Assembly: GCF_018350175.1 (NCBI RefSeq)
Contig: NC_058368.1
Coordinates: 102,240,001-102,304,000 of the forward strand
Length of the DNA stretch: 64,000 nt
Source of the DNA: Felis catus
Taxonomy: Eukaryota
Direction of reading: 5' to 3'
In this document: one piece after another, positions 1-13,071 of the stretch
How positions within the stretch are numbered: the stretch's first letter is position 1
Layout: each line of letters starts with the position of its first letter
Notes under the pieces: model-generated
What the model was told of the DNA's origin: nothing
Databases searched by the model: none
Seen by the model: only the letters and a program-made list of their open reading frames with translations
Translations under genes and position numbers: made by a program

Positions 1-418
1 GAGTAAAGTTGCCCTGTTACAAGGGACATTTGCATTTATAAAAGAAACACCCATTTGCCAGGAATAAGAGGATTGTAAATCAGAAAAATCTGGCCTATGT
101 TGAATACATCTAAACCTGCGTAACAAACCCTACCCTTCCATTTCTTGACAATGTTGCGTAACTGCCGCTGCCCATACACACATACACACGCACACACACA
201 TCTTTTGGGGGAACTTTAACGATAACACTGAATCTGGTGGCTTAGGCTGCCTCACAGTTATTAATTCTTCTCTGGCTATCGCCCATAACTTTACGATGTA
301 CACATGTTAATAATAAATCATCTGTTCGTTTGTATCTTGTTAATCTGTCTTTTATTACAAAGGCTCAGCCAGGAACTCAGAAAAACAGAAGAAAACGTTT
401 TTTTCCCTCCCCTCCAAA
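1..418 (+). mobile_element. ERV1-class LTR fragment (MER34/MER39-like), 3' part
   Basis: AATAAA followed by 'ttgttaatctgtcttttattac...cagccaggaactcagaa...tttttccctcccct', resembling MER4-group LTR 3' ends. Confidence 0.6.
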
Positions 419-623
419 CATAATAATAAAATCTATGGCCCAAGCCCCTAAGTGTCATTACCTGGACTCGATAAAACATTATTGAATAATGTTACTTCTG
501 GAATAATGGAAGTAATGATTTTTGAATAAAAAAAAGAAAAACACTAAGAATGTGGGCCAGTAATTTCTCAGCGGTTATCTAGAAAGTCCTTATTCAAAAA
601 GAAGAAGAAAGAGTCTTCATTCC

Positions 624-659
<36 letters not shown>

Positions 660-668
660 CGTGTGTGT
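624..668. repeat. (TG)n(CG)n(TG)n compound microsatellite
   Basis: Uninterrupted alternating purine-pyrimidine run read directly. Confidence 0.95.
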
Positions 669-2283
669 AGCATTATACGTTTCATGCGACTTCCTACCAT
701 TCCATGCCCGTTCCAATGCGCTTTTGTTTTCTTTTGCTTTCTTTCCCTTTTCTTTCTGTTAGACTGTTTTGAGCTTTGTAAAGCTCTGTGTAAATATTAA
801 ACATGAAACACTAATTACAAGCTGATAAACTTAGTCTTTGTTGCAAGAGTGATAGTAACTCCACGCTGTCAACTCAGGGCTTGACAACAAAATGCCTCGG
901 TGCAAAGAGCCAAGCCTCTAGAAAGAAAGGCGGCTTTGGGTGCCAAGAAGTTAGCACCAACTGCCTTCACGAGGCTCAGGCAAGCTGTTTAAGAAGCAGC
1001 CATCAATGGAACTGCAAAACCCAAACTTAAGAAAATGCATGCTTGAACGGGTGGCAAGCCCAGGGAGTGCTGGAGCCCGCTCACTTAATCCCCGTCAGAG
1101 ATGAGCAGAGGCGAGACCAGGGTGAAACAGAGCGGCTGCACCGTCATCCACCAGGAACCCCCCTTCTTCAATTCACCCTGTGCTGCTTGTTCTATTCACT
1201 CAACTCCTAGCCGGCTCTACCCCCTTCTCAACGTACCCCACAAGCCCTTTGAGCCCCATCAGGGAAGGCAAACAAGCTTGCCCACAAAAGACCTCCCCGT
1301 TTCAATACAGAGGAGAGAGAACACGGTCTATGAGCGGACACTGCAGATTTACAGGCACGAAAACCCGGACGTTTGGCCAGAATTTCAGACGCGTTGAGAC
1401 CCAGGAGCGGAACAGAGAACAATTATAGGGTTCTTTCCTGAGATGACCTCCTGCAGGACTACGTGGAACTTCGAAATTAATCTTAGAGGCATGTATTTAC
1501 AGTTCTGAGCATCCGAAGAACCCACCACCTTCCACTGTGAAATCAAAAAGTCTAAGCCTATATGAAAACAGTGCCTACGAGGGGTTCAAGGAGACACCCT
1601 AAGGAGGAGAGGGTGGGGAGAGCTAGCTGCCTCCCTCCCCTGCGTGAAACACAGCGTGATCACCTTACCTTACAATTTGAAAGCTTACCTCATCACACAA
1701 AGGGAGAATCTGATTCATGTGTCAAAACCTTAGACGATTCACTATTTGGGGGCCTCTCTTGTCAAACGCAATTTCAGGGCTTTGTCTGGAATATCAAACA
1801 AAATCTTGCCTTTGGGGCTGGTAAGAGGAGAATTGTCTTCATTCTTTTTGTGGCTTTGACTGAAGCGGGCAAAGAAATGAAGTTTCTACCTGGGCTACCT
1901 TGGAGAGGGGGGTCATCTGCTTCAAGGTCAAACCCCTGGCTCCAGAGAGGCTCACAAAAACCCTGTCTGCCCCCTGCATTGCGGGGTTTGGAAGGGTGGG
2001 GGCTGGGACAGGCCCAGGCTCACGGGAGGACGTTCCCTCTCCTGACTCCTCCTTCCACGACTCACCCCCTCCTCATTTTAAATCTGCCACAGAGCCCTCC
2101 TCCGTTGTCTTCGCTGCTTCAACTTTCCACCCCTATCGAAACAAAGCAGAGGTTCTGGGTTTTAAATGAATCCGTCTTAAGGACAATCCCTAATAAAGCA
2201 ACTCATTCTCGGAGAACGTGCTAATAACAGTCAATTTAACCCTGGCATTCCTAACCATTTATTCAAATCCCCATTTAGTACGC

Positions 2284-2284
<1 letters not shown>

Positions 2285-2315
<31 letters not shown>
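2285..2315 (+). repeat. Poly(A) tract (~31 nt) with no adjacent SINE body
   Basis: Read directly. Confidence 0.9.
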
Positions 2316-2317
<2 letters not shown>

Positions 2318-3349
2318 TTTGCTGCCAAGCTCAGAGACTACCAGAGAAAGCAGCTCCCAAATATTTGGGGTTTATCATGGGGCTTCAAAGCCAAACCCCC
2401 CCACACTTGGTCCACCACATCCTTCCCACCAACACACGCAATATCCCTTTGTTCTGTTCTGTTGACGGGCGTGTTTTCAAAATCTCGCTTTGCCCCATCC
2501 GGACAGCATTATCCTCTGTGACTCAGGGCAGACCCATAATGACCGGACTTGTGACAAGCAGATCACTGGATAAACCACAGAAACCAAGGCATTGTGTTTC
2601 TGAAGCTCCTTTGGCAGCCAGAGTGCCCACGGCAGTGGGGGGAACACTAAGGGCTCACGTGCGGCAGTGACCTTTTCAACTGGACAGCGCCTCGGACCTG
2701 GTCCCACGGTGATGTCTCTCTTCTTTAATTACAGCGTGCGGCAGGGAAAGAAGCTTCCAGCAGCACTAGTATCCAGTATCGGGACCTGTCTCAATCTACT
2801 TCTTCAATCAAGAACTGAGCGACAGAAGGATCTGCTTCATCCGCTTGCGTTTTCACACTGGGATTTTGCCAGGAACTTACGCCACCAGGATCAGAAGTGT
2901 GTTAGGAAATAATGTCAAGACGTTTAGCGGGGGGAGCATTCGTTTTCCAAAGAAAACTGGACAAATTGCCACCGGGCAACAGGCGAAAGAGATTCAGAGA
3001 GATCTGTTTTCATACCGAATCCCCAGACCTTGGAGTTTGGGTTGAGGTCCTCGTCTGTGGCTGTATCCTTTTTGATCGCATCCCAGCAAACAATCTGTAT
3101 TCATTTGCTCACTGTCGTTGGTGCATGAAAACCCACTACATCATTTACCTGATACAGAGAAGATGGAACCCGTCATGTCAACAACATTTTCTGGCGAGGT
3201 TAGTGGATGGTTGGCACTTTGACAAAAGACTTTGCAGGACCAGAATGAGCGTAACAAAAGGAAAGATAAAAATCTGAGTGGAAAGTCTAGTCGATCGAAC
3301 TCGCGTCCAAATCCTGCGAAACCATCTCAACGGGGAGGAAAAGGGATGC

Positions 3350-3423
3350 CCAGAGCATATAAGAGCCTAGAGGTATATAAGGCCAGAGGTATATAAGGCC
3401 AGAGCCTATAAGGTACCCAGAGC
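3350..3423. repeat. Short minisatellite, ~16-17 bp unit (AGAGGTATATAAGGCC), ~4.3 copies
   Basis: Two exact 16-mers at 3369-3384 and 3385-3400 plus degenerate flanking units. Confidence 0.85.
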
Positions 3424-5190
3424 GGGCACCTGAAAACGTGCTGCCCAAGAGTGTGGCAGACGGGAGAGGAGAGGAACCACTTATCCGTGCCCATCCTCCA
3501 ACCAAATCCTGAAGGAAAATTCACTGGACATTTAGTGTTGGGGAAAGAAAATATACCAAGGGGAGAAATAAAAGAATTCTAAGAAGCAATTCTCAGACCT
3601 GAAACACGCAGGAACAAGTTCTTGCCCCTTTCCATCCTATCTTTGATCAATCCACACGATGGTCTCAAAAGATCTAAATAACGTGTTTCTTCAAGGTATA
3701 AATGTGTCGGACCTCGTGGCGCTTCAATATAAATGTAGGGAACATGCATGTAACATACATAATGTATATAACAAACACATGTATTACATATATCTAACCC
3801 CGCTCACCTTCAAGAGCTCTCAGAAGAAAACTATGGAAATTTAAAGAGACACCTGACTTTAAAAAAATCACTGTATTTTGAGAACAAGCAACGACTTTCA
3901 GTAAAATCACGTGTCTAAAGCTGGCACCCCCACGATCGGAAGGAGGCTATGGGGACTGTGTGTCAGGAGAAAGGAAGAGTTTTGCCCATCTTTAGACCAC
4001 CTATTGGAAGCCTGGGTCTGGCTCTGGGTCTCTCCTGTGCCTCTTCCTGTGACCGTTCTAGCTTTCTCTTTCCTTCACGGGAGTAACATTTGAGTTCCAG
4101 GCACCACCTTCATCACCGTGTTAACTCTCTGCAAAAATGCTCAAAGAATTAAGGATATAATTTTTAATTCCCCATTGGGTACTTCATGCTGCTCTCAAAG
4201 AGCCAGAACTCGGTGATAGAATGAGGTTCTTAATAGACTTTTAAGGAAGAAAAGAAAGGCAATTTTCCCTGTGGAATTCTATGAATAAGCCAGTTAAATC
4301 CATCCTCGGAAACAAATCGGTGGCTACCATGATACCGAGTAATGCGATGATGCACTTATAAGAGAAATTGTGCAATTTCCATAATTTCTTATCCATGTCA
4401 CTAAAATGTGCTCTGAATTGCTCAGCTCAACATTAATTCCATTGTCTTTACTTACAGGGGCATATTTTATCCCCATTCTCAGTCTAAAACCCCCCCCTGA
4501 CTTCAGAGGCAGATTTTCCTGACTAAAGATGACAGGATACAATTCCATGTAGGCTGAGTGACTGTCTGTCATTTTTATTACTTGGGGCTGAAAATGTTTT
4601 CCAGCAGTACAAACCCCAAGGGGCTGCATGGTGCCTGCATTATCCATCTGTACTGCTGTTCGGATCCTTGTCCATCTGCCTCCACGAGGGACCCGAATCA
4701 CTCACCTGCCACAAAGCACAGAGGCATCCTTTCTGTGCTTTACCTTGTTGACCACGGGATGCATTTTCCAGCTGGGCAAAGTCTAAACACGAAGGTCCTG
4801 TTCGGCAGCAGAAGAAACACTGGTATCCAGGGAGAGCTAAGTGATCCTGTCCAAGGCAGAGCGTCTATCTGTACAACGTGAACTACACAGAGCTATAACC
4901 CACTGTGTGGTGAACTCAAAAGATCTTTCTGGTGCCCGTGTCAATGACTGGCTGGGGGCTAGCGACAGGTGAGAAACGGAAATGGAGTGGTGAACCTCAT
5001 TTTTTCACTATCCTGGCTCTCCTTGAAATATCCAACTCTTTCGTGTACACAGCTTTATGAAACCAAGTACTTAGCATATTCCCGAATATTCCACATGTAA
5101 CAATTTCTGAGATGGTATCATGACACCATAGGCTGGCGACGGTACTTCACAGAATCCGAGGAACGAAATAAGTCAACATTTTTCAATAAC

Positions 5191-5244
5191 TTCTCTAGAA
5201 GTCTCTAGACTTCTCTAGAAGTCTCTAGGCGTCTCTAGAGTCTC
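5191..5244. repeat. 10-bp tandem repeat (KTCTCTAGRN) x5 with 20-bp higher-order period
   Basis: ttctctagaa gtctctagac ttctctagaa gtctctaggc gtctctagag. Confidence 0.9.
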
Positions 5245-6229
5245 CTCACTGAGAAACTTGAAAATCAGAGCTACAGAAGTTCTTTTGTCTCCGGTGAAAC
5301 AGATCGTCAAAACGCAAAAGCACGTTCTGAGGGAGAATGGTGACCAAAAAGCCAACTGGGAGACAACCATAACATATTCTTTTTTTTTTTTCTTTTTTCC
5401 TAACATTGATTTGGTTCTTCATCTTTATGCACTCACAGAAACATGACAGAGAAACAAATGTCCTTCTATTGTTTACAGGTGAGGTTTACAGAGAGCGCAA
5501 TCAGCAGATTTTCTGTAAGATCCATCTATCTGTCACTGTGTTTTATTGGATACGGCTGCGGCTGCATCTAAAAGGGGAAAAAGAGAAGAAGTGAAAGTGA
5601 CAAAGATGGTTATAAAAATAGAAACAAGGAGTGAAATTCCCTGGAGTTGAAGAGTGGCCCAAATGCAGCTGTGAGCAATAGTCCCTCTGCCTTTGTAAAG
5701 TGTGAGCATGTGCCCTTGTCACATGAAAAACAAATCGTGAAGACCAAGCATGAAAGAGCACATCCTGGTCCCGTATTCAGGTGGGAATCACGGTCAAGTT
5801 TACGGGACGTTTTTCGCATTATGCACAATTGTAACTGTGCCACAGCAATTAGGTAAGTATCGCCATCCTCCCTCCAACGCAGGCGCATATGCCAAACTGT
5901 CAATCAGGTCTCTTTGTCCACAGAGCCAAGTCAAACTTCAGCCTGCCATTTAATAACCCCTATAATCTGGCCCCAACTTTTTTCTGTTACCTAAATTCTC
6001 CGTGCTCTATAAATGCCCCAACCGAAGGCACTCCCCTGCTGCTGACTTCCATTTTCTTCTGCCGTCCCAACTGCCCACGGGATTCCAATATCCCATTTCG
6101 ACCATCTTCCATTTCTCTTTCAAAAATCTTCTTACCACTTAGACAACACCAACCTCCATTCACTATCCGTAGTTTTATATCAAACTTAAATATCACCACC
6201 GGAAGCTGGCCTGAGAACACAAAATATCA

Positions 6230-6730
6230 TTAGCCAGGAAGCAATAAAATACTCGTAAGCAGTCACTTACTGGCTTCAAAGAAGAACAATTGTTTGATCT
6301 TTTCTCGTGGGGTCTGTGGGTCAAGAATTCAACTGATTAGCTCTGACTCATGGTCTCTCGTTTGGTGCATTTGGACCAATGAAAGGCTGGGCTACCCAGC
6401 GTCTCAGAGCCTTTCCGTGCACTCTAGCTGGACGGGTTTGGAATTTCTCAGAGTAGCGCTGTTCACTTAGAGGCTAAAAACGTAAAGAGTAAGTACTGAA
6501 CAGTAAAATATTCCAGAATTCCAGCAAGGCCGACGTGAAATTGTCTCAGATTCATGTAGAACCACTCCCACCGTACTCCACTGGTCCAGTCATCAAAGCC
6601 TGCCTGATGCCAAGGGGAAGCAACGTAGACCTCAAGTTCGGTTGGAAAAAAATTTCAAAGTCACATTTCAGGAAAAGCACATGTGATGTGAAATGTGTTT
6701 GTAGCCATCTTCAAAAAACTAACAATGGGT
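6230..6730 (-). mobile_element. Old MaLR LTR (MLT1 family), degenerate
   Basis: MLT1-like motifs 'tctgtgggtcaagaattc', 'ccaaggggaagcaacgtagacctc', 'gtagccatcttcaaaaa'. Confidence 0.55.
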
Positions 6731-6902
6731 CAAAGGAGTAGATTAATTTGTCTGACGGGGAAAAGAACAAATTTCCAGATCCTGCCATTTCTCTATCAAA
6801 TAAAACAGAGTTCCAAATAGCTACTCAACTATTGTGTTTTTATACAATTTTTTCATTAGGGATGTTTTTAAAAAGTAATCGTTTTAAATTAATATTTTTA
6901 TA

Positions 6903-8170
6903 TAGAAACCATCAACAAAACAAAAAGGCAACCTACTGGGTGGGCAAAGATAGGTGCAAATGATGTCTCCAACAAGGGTTTAGTATCTAGAATATATAAA
7001 GAACTTATACAACCCCACACCAAAAAAAAAAAAAAAAAAAAGAAAGAAAGAAAGAAAGAAAGAAAAAAAAAAACAGCCGAATAATCCAATTAAAGATGGG
7101 AAGAACTGAATAGACATTTTTCCAAAGACACAGATGGCCAACAGACTCATTACCACTCATTAAGGAAATGCAAACCAAAACCATAGTGAGGTATGACTTT
7201 ACACCTGTCAAAATGGCTTAAATCAAAATCACAAGAAATATCAAGGGTTGGGAAGAATGTGTAGAAAAAGGCACCCTCCTGTGCTACTGGTGGGAATGCA
7301 AACTCGTACAACAGCAGTGGAAGACATTCCAGAGGTTCCTCAAAAAATTAAAAATAAAACTACTGTACGACCCACTAATTCCACTGCTGGGTATTTACCC
7401 CAAGAAAACAACAACACTAATTCCAAAAGATATACCTGGCCCTAAGTTTATTGCAGCGGTATTTACGTAAGATATAGAAGCAACCCAACATCTATGAACA
7501 GATGAACGGATAAAGGAGAATGGCTAAAGAAGAAACGGTAGCTATGTATGTACCCATGTGTGTGCATGCAATGGAATATTACTCAGCCATAAACAAGATT
7601 CTTGGCATTTGCCAAAACACGAATGGACCTACAGGGTATTATGCTAAATGAATTCAGTCAGGGCAAGACAAATACCATAGGATTTCACTTACATGTGGAG
7701 CTTAAAACACACAAAACAAAGGAACAAATGGGGCTGCCTAGGTGCTTTAACTGATTAAGGGTCTGATTCACGATTTCAACTAAAGTCATGATCTCATGGT
7801 TCATGGGATTGATCCCCACCTTGGGCTCCACACTGACCATACAGAGCCTGCTTGGGACTCTCTGTCTCTCCCTCTCTCTCTAGAGCAGCCCCTCTTAGGC
7901 ACTCTCTCTCTCAAAATAAATAAATATTTTCTAGAAAAGGAAAAAAATGAACAAAGGAGAGACAAACAAGCAAACAAACACACACTCTTAAGGACAGAGA
8001 ACAAATTGGTGGTTGCCAGAGGGGAGGCAGATGGGAGGGTGGGTGAATTAAAGGGAATTAAGAGGACACTTATCTTGATGAGCACTGAGAAATGCATGGA
8101 ATTGCTGAATCACTACTGTGTACACCTCAAACGTATAACTGTACGTCAAATATACTTCAGTAACAAAACA
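6903..8170 (+). mobile_element. LINE-1 3' fragment (ORF2 end + 3'UTR), carnivore type, interrupted by an A/GAAA tract and a SINE
   Basis: L1 motifs 'aagggtttagtatctagaatatataaagaactta', 'gtgggaatgcaaact', 'gaattgctgaatcactactgtgtacacct'. Confidence 0.9.
7730..7947 (+). mobile_element. Can-SINE inserted in L1
   Basis: GGGG head, 'gtcatgatctcatggttcatggg', (CT)n, A-rich tail. Confidence 0.85.
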
Positions 8171-8384
8171 TCCAAATGCACAGTCCCATGTTCAATCATG
8201 GGTGTTTACAGGTCGGAAAATCGTCAGTATACATACTCAATATGAGTATTTCTTTCCTTAATCGTTCTTTCAAGGTTAGGTGTGAAACGCAGTCTCCATG
8301 GCACCATGGCATTCTTCTAGTACAGAAAAACTGTCCACAATTCGAATGTAATTAATGGGTAAGTACTGAGACACAGGGCAGTAT

Positions 8385-8530
8385 GTGTCCCAGATGTATC
8401 CGATAACCTGGGAAGTTCTTGAGATCTGATCCAGGGGGCATGGGATGAGCCCAAGACCTTGCATTTCCAACAAGCTGCCAAAGAACGTCAAGTCTCCTGG
8501 TCGGGAAACCACACTTAGAGGAGCAAGGGC
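8385..8530. mobile_element. MER5A-like hAT MITE
   Basis: 'cccaagaccttgcatttccaacaagctgcc...ggaaaccacacttagagg'. Confidence 0.65.
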
Positions 8531-10195
8531 CTTTATTTAGGTTACTGACCGCGGTTATTTACATTCACAATTGCTATCTCTGAACGCCTTCCAGTTTTCT
8601 GAAGATTTTGGAATGTAGAGGGAGAGGAAGAGAAGCCAAAAGGAAAATCCAGCGACCTCAGCTGGCAGAAGCCATGTGCCTGGTGGCACCAGATGAGAGA
8701 GGTGATAGATCAGCACCAGGCTGGGGAGGACCAGGCGGGGCTGGGCAGGCAGCAGATGGAATGTCCTTCCCTGGGGCTCCAGACTCACCACTGACCTGCC
8801 CATGCCGCTGCATGCTTCTTCCTCCGCGTCTTGAACCTCACATCTCAGAGGAGTCCCTCTGCGTGTCACTATCCGCTCCAAGGTGAATTAGGACTTAAAT
8901 GGCTGAGCAGAGATGAAAGCAGCAGGTTGATAAAAGAAACCAAACAGATGCCAAGGGGGTGGATGAAAGGTGTGTGTGTTTATCTGGGAGGCGGGGAGCC
9001 AGGGAGGGCAGGGTGCTGATGGCATTGTTAAGAAGGAAGGTCAAAAGCACCCACAGCGAAACCTGTAAGACGCCAAACACCAAACTTCCCTGATTTGGCT
9101 CAGGGCTGGGCTCCGGGTACATTTTTTTTCTCTTATAATCAACTATAGTGGGAGGAACCTAAGACGTGTATTTAAATCCCAGTGACCCGTGTTAGTCCGT
9201 TTATTTAGGCTTTACTTATTTTCCCAGATTAGATCATTTCCTTTTCACAACGGTATGTGAACTCCGGGGTAGGAGAGCCTTTATCTGATGGCTATGAAGG
9301 ACACCAGTGTAAGGAGAATTTTGTTTTTCAAAACTCAAAGGACGACTGAGTCGTCCAATTAAACAATGGGAACCTTCTGGTGTGATTAAAGAGAAACCCA
9401 CATAGTCACCATCAACCTCTAAAGCCACTTCGGTTTCTGAGCTTCTTTGTCTGAGCCTCAGAAAAAACTCGGCGTCCCTAAGCCACTAGAGAATGTCAAC
9501 ACAATAGAGGTGCTTATCTGATTTCTCCCAGCCCACAGTTAGGTTCATCATTGTCCCCAGTGGCCCTTCTGGGCAAGGGATGAATGGATTGCAACAGAAC
9601 CTTCTGTGGACTTGGGAGGAGGTGACTGGCTCCTGGCTCGGATGCTCTTCGCACGTGGTTGTAGAACACGGTGACCAGATGACCCAGCATTGCCAGTCAC
9701 AGACCTTCCCGGTACCATGATGAGTCTGGAGCCAAGAGCACTGCCCCAGCCACCTGGTGTCTTGAGACTAGTGGACCAACAGTATTTTCTAGTGCAACTG
9801 ACTCAGTCACTCGTGGCTCAGAGCCCACAGTAAAATTATAGTAGCCGTTTATAAACATTAAAACGTTCTTCCTTTCCAAATAGAGCCTGACAAAAACAAG
9901 GCTAATCGCGGCAACGACCTGAAGTATAGACATTCTTTGGCATTCATCTCCCTCACGGCATTGAGATCCATGTCAGGAAACCCTGTGACTCTGCTGTGCA
10001 TGGGTCTAATTGTAATAATAAGGCCAAACATGGGTATTCGTGCTACATGAGGTGATTTTTCATGAAAGACCTATAAGGTAAAAAGTAGGTCTTATTTTGG
10101 GTTGTTACTGTAATTTAACCACTTTTCAAAGACTAGTGCTTCTTAAATATCCTTTTGTGATTCCCATTCCTGCATTTAGATATGTTTTTATCATG

Positions 10196-10405
10196 TTTTT
10201 AATATTTATTTATTTTTGAGACAGAGACAGAGACAGAGCACAAGCAGGCAAGGGGCAAAGAGAGAGGGAGACACAGAATCCGAAGCCGGCTCCAGGCTCC
10301 GAGCTGTCAGCACAGAGCCCGACGTGGGGCTTGAACCCACAAACCGCGAGATCATGACCTGAGCCGAAGTCAGACCCTTAACTGACTGAGCCACCCAGGC
10401 ATCCC
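10196..10405 (-). mobile_element. Can-SINE (SINEC_Fc2-like)
   Basis: Reverse-complement SINE ending 'gagccacccaggcatccc'. Confidence 0.92.
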
Positions 10406-10424
10406 AATATGTGTTTTCATTTTT

Positions 10425-10643
10425 TTTTTTTAATTTTTTTCAACGTTTATTTATTTTTGGGACAGAGAGAGACAGAGCATGAACGGGGGAGGGGCAAAGA
10501 GAGAGGGAGACACAGAATCCGAAACATGCTCCAGGCTCTGAGCCATCAGCCCAGAGCCCGATGCGGGGCTCGAACTCCCGGACCGCGAGATCGTGACCTG
10601 GCTGAAGTCGGACGCTTAACCGACTGCGCCACCCAGGCGCCCC
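10425..10643 (-). mobile_element. Young felid SINE (SINEC_Fc-like) with TSD tgtgttttcattttt
   Basis: Young-type 'gcgcagtcgg' and 'cagccaggtcacg' on the minus strand; TSD at 10410-10424 and 10644-10658. Confidence 0.95.
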
Positions 10644-11057
10644 TGTGTTTTCATTTTTTAACGAAAGAAAACACTTCAGTTAGATCAAGTATTTTAGTTT
10701 TCACTCATCAACAAGTGTCTATTTATGTAATATCCATGCTTATTTTCATAAGTAGTTGGCCTATATGATTTCACTGTTAACTTGAAAATGCACACATCAG
10801 AGCTCTGTAAAAAAGGTATTTACAACAGGAAAGAAAATGACCACCATGTGAACATTCACTCTATTTCCTTCTCCTTCCCACTTTTCCACCAGCACCCCCA
10901 CAAACGGACCCTGGATTTTAAAGGGGATGAATTTTTGCATCCTGGCTCGCTAACTAGACTAGTTACTTCATTTGGAAAAACAAAGACCATAAATAAAAAG
11001 CAAAGACAATTAAACACATCACAGTCAACAGTATTTTAAGAGCATCGTTTGGTGTCA

Positions 11058-11152
11058 GATGTTACCTACATTTGCAGTGAGCACAGCGTAAGGGATAGAG
11101 TTGCTGAATCACTGTATTGGACACCTGAAACTTTGTGTATCCATGATACTTC
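11058..11152 (+). mobile_element. L1 3'UTR terminal fragment
   Basis: 'gtgagcacagcgtaagggatagagttgctgaatcactgtattggacacctgaaact'. Confidence 0.7.
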
Positions 11153-11160
11153 CCTTAAAA

Positions 11161-11305
11161 GCTCAGGTCACGATCTCACGGTTTCATGAGTTCGAGCCCC
11201 GCATTGGGCTCCATGCCAATGGCACAGAGCCTGCATGGGATTCTCTGTTTCCCTCTCTCTCTGCCCCTCCCCTACTCAAACTCTGTCCCTCTCAAAATAA
11301 ATAAA
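11161..11305 (+). mobile_element. 5'-truncated Can-SINE
   Basis: Begins at 'gctcaggtcacgatctcacgg'; (CT)n; AAATAAA tail. Confidence 0.85.
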
Positions 11306-11343
11306 CTTTATTTTAAAACAAAAGTATAAATAAAACAAAGGGA

Positions 11344-11555
11344 GGGGTTCCTGGGTGGCTCAGTCTGTTAAGCATTTGAATCTTGACTTCAGCTCAGGTC
11401 ATGATCTCATGGTTCACGAATTCAAGCCCCACATCAGGCTCTGTACTGACAGCACAGAACCTGCTTAGGATTCTCTTTTCTCCCTCTGGCCTTCCCCTGC
11501 TCTCTTTCTCAAAACAAAAAAAAAAAGAAACTTTTAAAAAAATAAAAAATAAAAC
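11344..11555 (+). mobile_element. Can-SINE
   Basis: 'ggggttcctgggtggctcag' head, A-rich tail. Confidence 0.9.
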
Positions 11556-12080
11556 ATATTAAACAAAACACACATGCACAGAGCCCTTCCATCATGGCTT
11601 GGTCCCTCTGAGAAGATTCAGTTTTGTTTTCTAATAGTGATGACGATTATCATTGTTCTTTGTTTGTTTACTAAAAAATAAGTTCCCTGAAATGGAAGAC
11701 TTTGGTATCTAATTGCCTCTGTACTCCAGCACCCGGCCCAGAGTAAATGACCACCCTTTCTAATGTAGGGGTATGCTAACTGGTCACACAACGTCACAAC
11801 CCATCCTACCCTCATTCCAGTCTGTTCTTAGCCCAGAAACTTCTGGGCCAGTTAAGAGTCCACTGCCAAGAGGCCAACAGTGTGCATTTCACAACAACAC
11901 GGAGCGTTGCTATGCCTCTTGGAGAAAGTTTGGAGTTAAGGACTACAATATCGTCTTGTAGTACTAAATTAACGTGTCAGCTTATGAAGCATTTTAGCAG
12001 CTTCATTAAAAATGTGACAAGGAATTATATGCAATTAGTCAAGCACATCTGAAAATTACTTTTATTTAAAGTAGAATTGA

Positions 12081-12304
12081 AGGGGCGCCAGGGTGGCTCA
12101 GTCGGCTGAGGATCTGGCTCTTCCATTTTGGCTCAGGTCATGATTTCACAGTTCCTGCGGTCGAGCCCTGGGTCAGGCTTTGCGCTAAGCATGGCACCTG
12201 CTTGGGATCGCGCTCTCTCTCTCTCTCTCTCTCTCTATCCTTCTGTCTCTCCCCTGCTCATGCAAGAATGTGCTCTCTCTCCTTCTCAAATAAATAAATA
12301 AACA
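12081..12304 (+). mobile_element. Can-SINE
   Basis: 'ggggcgccagggtggctcagtcgg', (CT)n, AATA tail. Confidence 0.9.
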
Positions 12305-12319
12305 AAGGTGAACTTAAGA

Positions 12320-12525
12320 GTTTTTTTGAAAAGCTTATTTATTTTGAGAAAGACAGAGACAATGTGAGTGGGGAAGGGTCAGAGAGAGAGGAGATGGAAC
12401 CCCGAGCAGGCTCCCCACTGCCAGCCCAGAGTCCGATTCGGCCTCAAACTCACACATTGTGAGATTGTGACCTGAGCCTAAAGCAAGAGTCAGATGCTTA
12501 ACTGACTGAGCCACCCAGGTGCCCC
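12320..12525 (-). mobile_element. Can-SINE, tail-to-tail with the previous copy
   Basis: Ends 'gagccacccaggtgcccc'. Confidence 0.9.
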
Positions 12526-12674
12526 AAATTTAAGCTTTTTTTTTTTTAACCTGAGAGAACTAATCCTGATGACATATCTAAGGAAAGTTAATTTTTAAAG
12601 CCAACATACTGCTTTTTTTCAGTATCATGCCACTTATTATAAGCTAACATATTTAAAAGAAATACAGACAATAA

Positions 12675-12888
12675 CTTATTTATTTATTTTTATTTATTTT
12701 GAGAGGGAAAGAGAAGGCACAAGGAAGCAGAGACAAAGAGAGAGAGAGACAGAGACAGAGAGAAAGAGAGAATGCCAAGCAGACTCTGTGCTGGCAGCAC
12801 GGGGCTCAGTCTCACCAAACTGTGAGATCATGACCTGAGCTGAAACCAAGAGTCAGATGTTTAACCTACTGGACCACACAGGTGCTCC
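12675..12888 (-). mobile_element. Can-SINE
   Basis: (TTTA)n, (GA)n, 'gagatcatgacctgagctgaaaccaagagtc'. Confidence 0.88.
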
Positions 12889-13071
12889 TAGAAAACCTTT
12901 AAAACAACCTAGATTGACTGATTGCTACTTTTTCCCAAACTCTTTCATTTAGAAGTAAAATGAGATGTCTTCATAATTGAAATTAATAAAGATTTTGCCC
13001 ACAAGAAAAAAAAGTTTGAATTTTACCATAACACAACAGTTGGAATAACTTCCATTGAACCATTTCTTTCT

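Noticed and set aside
1562..2224. 220-aa plus-strand ORF
   Set aside because: No recognisable homology or exon structure
3350..3423. CRISPR-like or spacer-array interpretation of short repeats
   Set aside because: Units are head-to-tail with no unique spacers, and the context is mammalian
5283..5752. Two segments both translating to KQIVKT
   Set aside because: Similarity is short (~40 nt) and low; compatible with chance
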